A stretch of 64,000 nt of DNA from Promethearchaeota archaeon (GTDB lineage Archaea > Asgardarchaeota > Thorarchaeia > Thorarchaeales > Thorarchaeaceae). A model generated the notes under the pieces. The model was not told the origin of the DNA and searched no databases. It worked only from the letters and a program-made list of their open reading frames with translations. The position numbers and the translations under genes are program-made. The DNA lies in assembly GCA_048939765.1 (NCBI GenBank), contig JBHLPF010000015.1:13457-77456 (forward strand). The letters are read 5' to 3'. Every line of letters starts with the position of its first letter. Position 1 is the stretch's first letter. Shown here piece after piece: positions 7,756 through 15,945 of this stretch.

Positions 7756-10425
7756 ATGAGAAAAGGTCTGATTTGCACGCTGCTCCTCACGCTGTTTCTA
7801 ATCCCGCTTATCCCCTCCCTTCCAACCTATTTTGGTGCAGAGGATTCTGACACTCAACTTAACTCACGAATCAAGCCTATTGATTTTCACGCCATGACTG
7901 AAACCTTTGGTTCTGAGATTCCTTTAGTAGTCGAGTTTGCTCAACCATTGACAGAGATTCAGATTTTGAATCTTGAAGCGAATGGTATTAGATTCACTTT
8001 TGGCACTCCATCAATGAGTCAAGTTGGGAACCACTATCTAATCAGAGGCTCTCCTGATGGCTTGACAACAATGTATGAGTCAGGAGTCTTTGATAGTGTA
8101 TCCTTCGAGACTCCTATGAAGCACTTGCATGCACCAAGAGATGTATCGATTCCTGAGATCGGTGCTGATGACGTTTGGGCTACTCTTGATGACCTGAGTC
8201 AAAATGTTACCGGCAAAGGACTCCTCATAGCTGACTTGGATTCTGGAGTTGACTGGACTCATCCTGATCTATGGTTTGCTGATGGTGGTTCATACGACTG
8301 GCTAGATGGTGTCCCTGATTCATTATTCACCAATGGAAGCGACGGAGTAGATCTCAACTTCGACCTAGCTCTACAACCAGATGAAACCCTCTACGCTATT
8401 GATTTAGATCGAGATGGGATTTTTGATACCACTACTGAATGGATTTGGGCTGATAATGTCACCCAAGATGGCCAGATTCAGATAGGAGAGCCATTCTTCG
8501 TTGTAAATGATACCAATGACAATGGACAACTAGATCTTGGTGAGCAACTCGTTATGCTAAAAACACCAAAGACAAAGTACATCGTGGAGGGAGATGGTAC
8601 ACCTGCAAGCAATGAACAAGTCTGGGTACGGGGAGTTAATCTCACAACAAGTACACATGTAGACGATAATGGACACGGAACGGCAGTATCAGGCATTCTC
8701 CTTGGTGGACAACTCGGATTCAGGAAATACATGGGCGTCGCCCCTGATGCAGAATTAATGATGATAAAGGTCCTCAGTGAGAACTATACTAAGTATGACT
8801 GGCTCTATGTTGAGGATGGCCTAACCTATGCGTACACTCATGGAGCAGATGTCATTCTCACAGAGATTGGCTCTTGGACGTACGAATTCTTGGATGGAAG
8901 TTCAGCCGCTGCTACATTAATCGATACAATAGTGGCTGCTGGAATTCCAGTTATATCTCCAAGTGGAAACCTTGGAGGTAGCAACAAACATGCACGTTTT
9001 ACTGCTATTTCAAATACGCCATATTACGTCGATTTCGACCTACCTTCTACAATTGAGATCTATGATGTCTACCTAACGGTATTATCGATTAACGACACTG
9101 ATTTTGCAGCATGCAATTTCAGCCTGATCTTCAATCTTCAATCTTGGAGTGCAGGGACCGGCCATGTTGTGTTCCTTCACCCTGGCATTGGATATCCAAG
9201 TATATTCACTCAGAAAGTGATTACTGTAGGTGTCAAGGATCTATGGGTTGAGTCCTTCATAGACACTTCATCTCGTGGCACGAGAATGATTGGTATCCAT
9301 ATCTGGGCCACCGATCCTGGATCTCCACTCCCCGGCTCCATCATTCCCTTGCCGGTCATCACCGGGCCTCCATTTGATCAACTGAATATCACTGCACCTT
9401 TTGACACCACCTTCCACGCATATATCTCCGACTCAGCTACATCCTGGTCTGGAGGAGCCACCTGGATCACAGATGCAACTGACGACTATCATATTACTTG
9501 GCCGTCGACTGCTGACTCCGCCTTGAGTGTCGCAAGCTATCGTACTCGTAATCTCGTTTCTCCTGAGGTCATAGGTGACATAGCGAGCTTCTCATCACGT
9601 GGCCCTAGGATTGATGAAACTGAGAAGCAGGGCATTGCAGCCCCTGGCGGATTTGACATTGTCACTGACTACACAAACGATTCAGCGTGGACTTCGTGGT
9701 ATAATGATGGGGGCAGTCTTCCTTTTGATGAGAGATTTGGAAGCTATCGTCTATTCAGCGGTACAAGCGCATCAGGCCCACACGTTGCAGGTACAGCTGC
9801 TTTGATGCTTCAGGTTGACTCCTCTGTAGGCAGTATGGTTGCTGACATCATCAAGGGCACAGCACGCAGAGATGCATACACAGGTGCAGTACATAATCCA
9901 ATTTGGGGATATGGGAAGCTGAATGCATCTGCAGCGGTTGAATTCACATCTCAAGATCTGGTGGGACCAGCTATAGGAGTTCCCGATTATGAGCCTCCGC
10001 ATCCTACTGATGCAGATGATGTGAACGTCAGTGTAACTGTGACGGACTTTAGTGGAGTCGATTCAGTTATACTCGCATACCACAATGGAACTCATTGGAA
10101 CAACGTGACTATGGTATGGAATGGAACCCATTATGTCGCGACCATCCCCGCTCTATCGATAGGTACTACTGTAACATATCGGATATACTCGAATGACACG
10201 TTAGACAATTGGTCCACTTCATCTGATTACCAGTATATAGTTGGGTCACCAATCACAACCCCAACAACCCCAACAACCCCGACAACCACAACGACAAGTG
10301 CGCCTACAACAACGCCGCCTCCGATTCCAGAGATCCCTAATTACTTGAGAATAGCCATCATGCTTGGATTCATCCTGTTACTGATTGTCTTCTCAATAGT
10401 ACTCTCCAGAAGACGGGCAAAATAG
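7756..10425 (+). CDS. Membrane-anchored S8 subtilisin-like serine protease with Asp-rich insertion
   Basis: Signal peptide; triad DLDSG / HGTAVSG / GTSASGPHV; oxyanion SGN; Thr/Pro linker, C-terminal TM + RRRAK. Confidence 0.9.
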   Translation: MRKGLICTLLLTLFLIPLIPSLPTYFGAEDSDTQLNSRIKPIDFHAMTETFGSEIPLVVEFAQPLTEIQILNLEANGIRFTFGTPSMSQVGNHYLIRGSPDGLTTMYESGVFDSVSFETPMKHLHAPRDVSIPEIGADDVWATLDDLSQNVTGKGLLIADLDSGVDWTHPDLWFADGGSYDWLDGVPDSLFTNGSDGVDLNFDLALQPDETLYAIDLDRDGIFDTTTEWIWADNVTQDGQIQIGEPFFVVNDTNDNGQLDLGEQLVMLKTPKTKYIVEGDGTPASNEQVWVRGVNLTTSTHVDDNGHGTAVSGILLGGQLGFRKYMGVAPDAELMMIKVLSENYTKYDWLYVEDGLTYAYTHGADVILTEIGSWTYEFLDGSSAAATLIDTIVAAGIPVISPSGNLGGSNKHARFTAISNTPYYVDFDLPSTIEIYDVYLTVLSINDTDFAACNFSLIFNLQSWSAGTGHVVFLHPGIGYPSIFTQKVITVGVKDLWVESFIDTSSRGTRMIGIHIWATDPGSPLPGSIIPLPVITGPPFDQLNITAPFDTTFHAYISDSATSWSGGATWITDATDDYHITWPSTADSALSVASYRTRNLVSPEVIGDIASFSSRGPRIDETEKQGIAAPGGFDIVTDYTNDSAWTSWYNDGGSLPFDERFGSYRLFSGTSASGPHVAGTAALMLQVDSSVGSMVADIIKGTARRDAYTGAVHNPIWGYGKLNASAAVEFTSQDLVGPAIGVPDYEPPHPTDADDVNVSVTVTDFSGVDSVILAYHNGTHWNNVTMVWNGTHYVATIPALSIGTTVTYRIYSNDTLDNWSTSSDYQYIVGSPITTPTTPTTPTTTTTSAPTTTPPPIPEIPNYLRIAIMLGFILLLIVFSIVLSRRRAK
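10255..10296 (+). repeat. 9-bp coding repeat encoding a TTP linker
   Basis: acaacccca acaacccca acaaccccg acaacc; protein TTPTTPTTPTTTTTS. Confidence 0.8.
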
Positions 10426-10515
10426 TCGGAATGACTAGTCCATGCTACATACTACACCGATGGAATGTGTTATATGACTAGCATTCCTCGTGAGCCTGAA
10501 CTCTAACATGAAGGA

Positions 10516-10881
10516 ATGGGATTCAAATTGAAGCGCCTCGGCGGATTTAACCTTCGCTTGGAATGGTCTTTGAGGTCCCCGCGGAAATCCATCCCAGTTG
10601 AGGTGCTGGTGGATACTGAGAATACAATCATAGTCTTGGACTGTAGTTGTTGCGAGGAACTCCTAGCGAGTCGGCTACCAGGGGGAGTACTGATTCCAAT
10701 TGCTTCAAGCCTCAAGTCCTTCTTTGGCACCAAAGACATGCGAAACATCGAAGTTCAGGTGACTGGTACTCTAATGAGGCGGACCTATAAGGGAATATGC
10801 ATGGAAGATACAGTTCCGGAGATTAGGAGTGTATTAGAAGGTGCTGTTTCCAAGTATAACAAGAAGCGGAAGAAACGATAA
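10516..10881 (+). CDS. Hypothetical basic protein with CSCC motif
   Basis: 121-aa ORF with upstream aagga; C-terminal KKRKKR. Confidence 0.65.
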   Translation: MGFKLKRLGGFNLRLEWSLRSPRKSIPVEVLVDTENTIIVLDCSCCEELLASRLPGGVLIPIASSLKSFFGTKDMRNIEVQVTGTLMRRTYKGICMEDTVPEIRSVLEGAVSKYNKKRKKR

Positions 10882-10897
10882 GGAATCTGCAGAGAAA

Positions 10898-10922
10898 AGA
10901 GAAGGATTTCGAGCCCTTCTCT
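10898..10922 (-). terminator. Stem-loop + U-tract 3' of serC, between convergent genes
   Basis: Minus strand AGAGAAGGG-CUCGAAA-UCCUUCUCU followed by UUUCUCU. Confidence 0.55.
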
Positions 10923-10930
10923 CTGCATTC

Positions 10931-12016
10931 TTATTCGTGCTTCTCTTTGAACTCCACTAAAAAGGCCGCTAAAGCTTCAACACCTGCCTTAGGCATCGCG
11001 TTGTAAATTGATGCTCTCATTCCGCCAACTGATCTGTGGCCTTTGAGTCCAACGAGCCCTCTAGCTGTGCTTTCTTCTGCGAATTCCTTCTCGAGGTCCT
11101 CTGATGGCAATCTGAATGTTACATTCATGAGTGACCTCGAATCCTTTCTAGCATGACCACTGTAGAAGCCATCAGAAGAGTCGATTGCATCATATAGAAT
11201 CTTGGCCTTCGCCCTATTCCTCTTCTCAATCTCCACGATTCCGCCCTCACCTTTCCAATAGTCAAGTGCAAGTTTGCAAACATATATCGCGAAGCAGGGA
11301 GGGGTATGAAACAGTGAGTTCTTTTCAGCCTCAGTCTTCCACTTGAGTAGAGTTGGTGTGTCTGCTGGTACTCTATCTAAAAGATCTTCTCTGACAATAA
11401 CGAGTGTGACACCTGCAGGTCCGAGGTTCTTCTGTGCACCTGCGAATATCACGCCGAAATCGTTCACATCTATTTCTCTCGCCATCATGTCTGATGAGAA
11501 ATCACACACCAATGGGACGTCATCCGGTACATCGGGCCATTCATGCCATTCCGTGCCGTAGATTGTATTGTTACTGGCAATATGCCCGTATGATGCATTT
11601 TCACTGAATCTTACACCACGCGGGATGTAGCTGTATTTCTCATCTGCAGAAGATGCTATTATTTCAACGTCTTCATAGAGCTTCGCCTCCTTGATCGCCT
11701 TTGAGGTCCATGCTCCGGTGTCAGCAAATTGGATTGGTTTTCCAGGGATGTGCAGATTCACAGGAACCATATAGAATTGAGTTGATGCGCCACCTTGAAG
11801 CCAGAGAATCTTGTAGTTTTCAGGGACTCCCATGAGTTCCCGAACCAAATCACTCGCTTCATCATGCACCTTATCATACTCCTTCGACCTGTGGGAAATC
11901 TCAAGAATCGACATACCTGTACCAGCGAAATCCAATAGCTCCTCCTGCGCTTTCTCCAATGCGGGCAGTGGGAGAGTTGCAGGTCCTGCATAGAAATTGT
12001 ATACACGTTTAACCAT
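10931..12016 (-). CDS. serC: Phosphoserine aminotransferase
   Basis: YNFYAGPA, EISHRS, GGAS, AGAQKNLGPAG (PLP Lys), GHRSVGGMRASIYNA. Confidence 0.96.
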   Translation of the reverse strand: MVKRVYNFYAGPATLPLPALEKAQEELLDFAGTGMSILEISHRSKEYDKVHDEASDLVRELMGVPENYKILWLQGGASTQFYMVPVNLHIPGKPIQFADTGAWTSKAIKEAKLYEDVEIIASSADEKYSYIPRGVRFSENASYGHIASNNTIYGTEWHEWPDVPDDVPLVCDFSSDMMAREIDVNDFGVIFAGAQKNLGPAGVTLVIVREDLLDRVPADTPTLLKWKTEAEKNSLFHTPPCFAIYVCKLALDYWKGEGGIVEIEKRNRAKAKILYDAIDSSDGFYSGHARKDSRSLMNVTFRLPSEDLEKEFAEESTARGLVGLKGHRSVGGMRASIYNAMPKAGVEALAAFLVEFKEKHE

Positions 12017-12025
12017 TCAAATCAC

Positions 12026-13357
12026 CTAAAGCAGCTTGTTTATCGTGAACCCTGTCCAGACTTTGGGATGGAAGAATGTGCTCTTTTGAGGCATGACTTC
12101 GATGTTACGCGATACTGCTTCAACTTCTTCAATCCGGGTCGGGTTCATGAAGAACACGGCTTGAGCTTCTCCTTTCACAGAATTAATTGCTTCATCCACA
12201 GCATCTCCAATTCCTTTGACATAAACGACGTATCCACCGCCCTTCATAGTTCCTTGAGCGAGTTTCTCTTTATCGATTCCAAGCATCGTGTCCAGAATCA
12301 GAGTGTGAAGTATTGCTACATCCAGTCTTTTATGTTCAATGGATTTGTCTGGCAAGACACCATCCATTACCCTAGAATCCTTCATTGTCAGGCCATAGAA
12401 TTTGCCGTCATCAATGAATAATCCAAAGGCATGTTCTCCACTGATGAACTTCTTGTTCATCAAAGAGAACATCTCGTTCTTATTATCGAACTCTGATATC
12501 TCGAAATGTTCCTCGATTGAATCTAGGAGCGTCTTCTTGGAAAACTCCTCCAAGTTTTGTACAATGCGATGAGTCGGAAGAACAACAAGTCCTGGATTCG
12601 AGATATTCACGAAGGTAAGCATCCTGTGTTTTGCTGATTCCAATTCAGGATTTTCCTTTGAGAGAGCGAGCGCGGTTTTGTAGCGATGATGTCCGTCAGC
12701 AATGATCACATACTTGTCCTCCATATATTTCGTCACCAGACTTGTGTCCTCTGGATTGTCAATAATCCAAAGCCTATGACGCACATCATTATTGTCCACC
12801 ATATCAACGGCAGGCTTCTCGTTCATAGCCTTCTCCAGCACGCTATCCACCTGACCTTCATGATCTGGATATATAACGAATATTTGGCCAAATTGAGCCA
12901 TACATGCCCTGCATAGACTGAGTCTGTCTTGGATGTCCTTTGGGAGTGTTTCTTCATGTTGAAGCACTCCAGAGAATACATCCTTTCTGGGCGCCTCAGT
13001 GGCGAATTCTTCCAGCCGGATGAGACCTATGAATCCGAATCTGAACAACTCTTGATCATTCACTTTGAAGTTCTGGCCGTATACATAGAACGACTCCTTG
13101 TCGTCTTGCTTCAGAATTCCACTATCCACCCAATTCTTTAGAAGATCACGTGCTCTTGTATATTGGTTGACTCTATCTGTATCGCCTTCCTCCGGCTTGT
13201 TCTTAATAATCCAAGAGATGTTATACTCTGAAAGAGCCTGAAGTTCATCCACCATCTTTCCTTTGATAATGTCATAGGGTGGAGTAACTACCCTACTGAT
13301 TTCTCTCACTTTCGACTCATTATATCTGAATGCTTTGAATGGAACAACCCGGACCAA
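12026..13357 (-). CDS. DUF1015 family protein (ParB/Srx-like core)
   Basis: PFKAFRY, TPPYDII, HEET, IADGHHRY, LPTHR, MPQKSTFFHPK; TTG start at 13357 preceded by aggagg, so the ORF-track extension to 13630 is likely spurious. Confidence 0.88.
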   Translation of the reverse strand: MVRVVPFKAFRYNESKVREISRVVTPPYDIIKGKMVDELQALSEYNISWIIKNKPEEGDTDRVNQYTRARDLLKNWVDSGILKQDDKESFYVYGQNFKVNDQELFRFGFIGLIRLEEFATEAPRKDVFSGVLQHEETLPKDIQDRLSLCRACMAQFGQIFVIYPDHEGQVDSVLEKAMNEKPAVDMVDNNDVRHRLWIIDNPEDTSLVTKYMEDKYVIIADGHHRYKTALALSKENPELESAKHRMLTFVNISNPGLVVLPTHRIVQNLEEFSKKTLLDSIEEHFEISEFDNKNEMFSLMNKKFISGEHAFGLFIDDGKFYGLTMKDSRVMDGVLPDKSIEHKRLDVAILHTLILDTMLGIDKEKLAQGTMKGGGYVVYVKGIGDAVDEAINSVKGEAQAVFFMNPTRIEEVEAVSRNIEVMPQKSTFFHPKVWTGFTINKLL

Positions 13358-13543
13358 TAATACGCTCCTCCTTAGGAAGATGTCCACAGATGTGAATGAA
13401 ACGCCCGCCGCGTCATCTTCGACATAAGTGTTTCTTTTCCAACCATGTTTGATTCGGGAAAAGGGAATTCCGGTACAACAGGCAAACTTAAATGAAAAAC
13501 GTGAACGAGCACGAGAGCTAAAACCATTAACGAGGAGAGCACT

Positions 13544-13804
13544 GTGGAGTTCTGCGAGAAGTGCGGTGCAATGATGATCCCCAAGAAGAAGGATGGCAAG
13601 CCTATTCTGCAATGTAGAGAATGTGGGCATGAAAGATCAGTAAAAGCCCCACCTCAATACAAGGTCGAATATCGAATAAAGCATAGTCCTAGAGAGAAGA
13701 TTGTCGTCTTTGAAGAGAACGAAACTCGTCGGGAAGAAATGACCGAAGACGAAAGAAGAGAGCGAAGAAAAGAGATTCTAGAGCATTATGAGTCGGAGGA
13801 TTAA
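13544..13804 (+). CDS. RpoM/TFS (RPB9/RPC11-like) N-terminal zinc ribbon protein lacking the C-terminal TFIIS ribbon
   Basis: MEFCEKCGAMMIPK...LQCRECG; GTG start with aggag RBS; ends in a charged helix. Confidence 0.8.
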   Translation: MEFCEKCGAMMIPKKKDGKPILQCRECGHERSVKAPPQYKVEYRIKHSPREKIVVFEENETRREEMTEDERRERRKEILEHYESED

Positions 13805-13937
13805 ATCATTCTAGATAATGCTTTAAGCTTGGACAACCATATTGTACCATCTAAGTAGAAGGGCTGTTGAACTATTGCTGGTTAATCTAGGAGGTGCTCT
13901 TCTCATACTGGTCTTCTAGTTTCCAGGAGGTATTCTA

Positions 13938-14816
13938 ATGAGTGAACATAGTGCTAACCATTTCTATGACTTAGAGAGTTACATCATTGAGCAAGGCAAC
14001 GTAGCAGATATCCTGCGGCTCATAGCAGCAGGATACAATATTGATGATGAAATTGTGAATTCTGTGCTGAACGAAGTTGAAAGTATGCTGAACAGAGATG
14101 GAGGAGTTCCTTTTGGTCTGGAAGAAGGCAATCCCAGCTCAGTCAAAGAAACATCAGAGTTATTGCCGCTTCTTTTGAAGTTTAGGAAAACTCATGAACA
14201 TCTCATTCAGAGGATGGCAGATTTCTTGGTGTCGCGTCAGAAGAAAGATGGTGGATTTGCGGAAACAATGAATCTTGACTATTTGATTGAAGATCGTTAT
14301 GGAGCAAAATGGGGGAGTGAGTTCTATCCAGTAGGCAAGAGCGTCACATGGCTTACTGGAAAGGCCTTGGAAGCGTTATCATTAGCGAAGCACAACGACG
14401 AGCTCCGCTTGCGAAGGGCCCGCGATTTCCTGTTGAATTCCCAAAATGAGGATGGAAATTGGCCTGATTTCATAAACATGGGCCAATCCGATCCCTTGGC
14501 AACGGGCAACATTCTTACGGGATTGCGAGCGGCTGGAGTTGATTCTAAAGAAAGAGCCTACAGGGATGCTAGAGCGGCTCTATACCAACATCTCAAGGAG
14601 GCTCTCGAGTCCAAGTCAACTGACGATATGATTGACCTGACGGCAGTGTGCCCTGCCGAAACTGACAAAGAACGCGATGTCATTAGAGGAGCGCTAGAAC
14701 TCATTATAGAAACTCAGAATCATGATGGTGGTTGGCAGCCTCTGGGTTCAAAAAAGAGTGATTCTGAATTGAGTTCCATTCTCGGTTTCGTTTTAAAGGA
14801 ATGCGAGAAGTACTGA
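13938..14816 (+). CDS. Prenyltransferase/squalene cyclase repeat (alpha/alpha toroid) protein
   Basis: QW-like repeats NRDGGV, QKKDGGF, QNEDGNW, QNHDGGW; aggagg RBS. Confidence 0.8.
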   Translation: MSEHSANHFYDLESYIIEQGNVADILRLIAAGYNIDDEIVNSVLNEVESMLNRDGGVPFGLEEGNPSSVKETSELLPLLLKFRKTHEHLIQRMADFLVSRQKKDGGFAETMNLDYLIEDRYGAKWGSEFYPVGKSVTWLTGKALEALSLAKHNDELRLRRARDFLLNSQNEDGNWPDFINMGQSDPLATGNILTGLRAAGVDSKERAYRDARAALYQHLKEALESKSTDDMIDLTAVCPAETDKERDVIRGALELIIETQNHDGGWQPLGSKKSDSELSSILGFVLKECEKY

Positions 14817-14826
14817 AGGTCTAGTC

Positions 14827-15333
14827 ATGCAAGAGAAGAGATCTGCAATTCTGCAAAGAGATGGAAAATGCATAGCTGGTGTCTTTACATCTTCAGGCCT
14901 TTTTGCCACGACAATACCCAGGAAGAGCTGCAAAGAAGCTTTGCTAGCTGTCAAGGGGAATGACTTGAAACGTAGCGAATCGAGAGAAGACCTTGAGGTA
15001 CTAAATACAGTCTTTGATATTGCAGAAGGGCTCGAAGTCCCTGATGTCGACAAGATCAAGCTAGACCTTTCTGAGATGACAGAGAAACAGCGTCAAGTAG
15101 TCATAGCGACCCTTTCAATCCCTCGTGGGGAAACCGCTACATACGGCGAAGTTGCTAGAAAGGCTGGACTCCCTGGGGCCGCACGTTTTGTCGGAAATGT
15201 TATGGCAACCAACCGATTATACCCTCTTGTCCCGTGTCACAGAGTGATTTCGTCTTCAGGCCTTGGTGGATATGGCTTGGGCATAAAGAAAAAGATAGAA
15301 CTCCTAAGGCGCGAAGGAGCATTCGCGGATTAG
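14827..15333 (+). CDS. ogt: Methylated-DNA--protein-cysteine methyltransferase
   Basis: IPRGETATYGEVA, ARFVGN, active site PCHRV, GGYG. Confidence 0.93.
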   Translation: MQEKRSAILQRDGKCIAGVFTSSGLFATTIPRKSCKEALLAVKGNDLKRSESREDLEVLNTVFDIAEGLEVPDVDKIKLDLSEMTEKQRQVVIATLSIPRGETATYGEVARKAGLPGAARFVGNVMATNRLYPLVPCHRVISSSGLGGYGLGIKKKIELLRREGAFAD

Positions 15334-15346
15334 TTTCTCATAACGT

Positions 15347-15354
15347 TTTAAATA
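15347..15354 (+). promoter_or_regulatory. Putative archaeal TATA box
   Basis: TTTAAATA in the short intergenic gap ahead of the next + strand gene. Confidence 0.35.
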
Positions 15355-15373
15355 GCTTCTAATAGTTCACAAT

Positions 15374-15877
15374 GTGGGACCTATCTCTACGGAGTGTGTG
15401 TGGTTGAACCTAAAAGTACGCAGAGAAGATGAAACTGTAGAATTGCGCAAGGTTGAGCTTGAATCTCTAAGTCCACCACTATTTCGAACTTTTATCGGCT
15501 ATAACTCTTTGAAGCGATTAGGATATTCCATATCCTTCATACGCCCCAAGAAGAGCTCCAGCGGCGATTTCGAGAGAATACGCTACAATTTCATGGAGCG
15601 AGGCGTTATGACTCGTCAACTTGAAGATGAGCTTGAGCCAGACATGAAACGAGGGATTTTAAATCAGCTCCCACGCGGAAATTTCAGCATTGTATTGCTG
15701 CTCACTCAAGTACCTCGTCGAGGTGTAAACATCAGGCTTGACAAGTTCATGTACAACTTCCTCGGCTGCATTCTAATGCGCAACGATGAGGTGCTTGATG
15801 TTGTTATGAATACGACCCCCACAAGAGACATTCTGATGCCAATGTACGAGCAACAGGTGGAATCAGTAGAGGCCTAG
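15374..15877 (+). CDS. Hypothetical protein (start may be TTG at 15404)
   Basis: ORF fills the gap with protein-like composition; no motif recognised. Confidence 0.6.
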   Translation: MGPISTECVWLNLKVRREDETVELRKVELESLSPPLFRTFIGYNSLKRLGYSISFIRPKKSSSGDFERIRYNFMERGVMTRQLEDELEPDMKRGILNQLPRGNFSIVLLLTQVPRRGVNIRLDKFMYNFLGCILMRNDEVLDVVMNTTPTRDILMPMYEQQVESVEA

Positions 15878-15945
15878 TTCGCGTAGTCTGCAATCAATCT
15901 TATCAGGCACCAGAGCAAGCGTGTACACGCTGTGGTGTTCAAGTC

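Noticed and set aside
13358-13630. 91-aa N-terminal extension of DUF1015 in the ORF track
   Set aside because: Overlaps the divergent TFS-like gene; a strong RBS precedes TTG 13357, where family similarity begins
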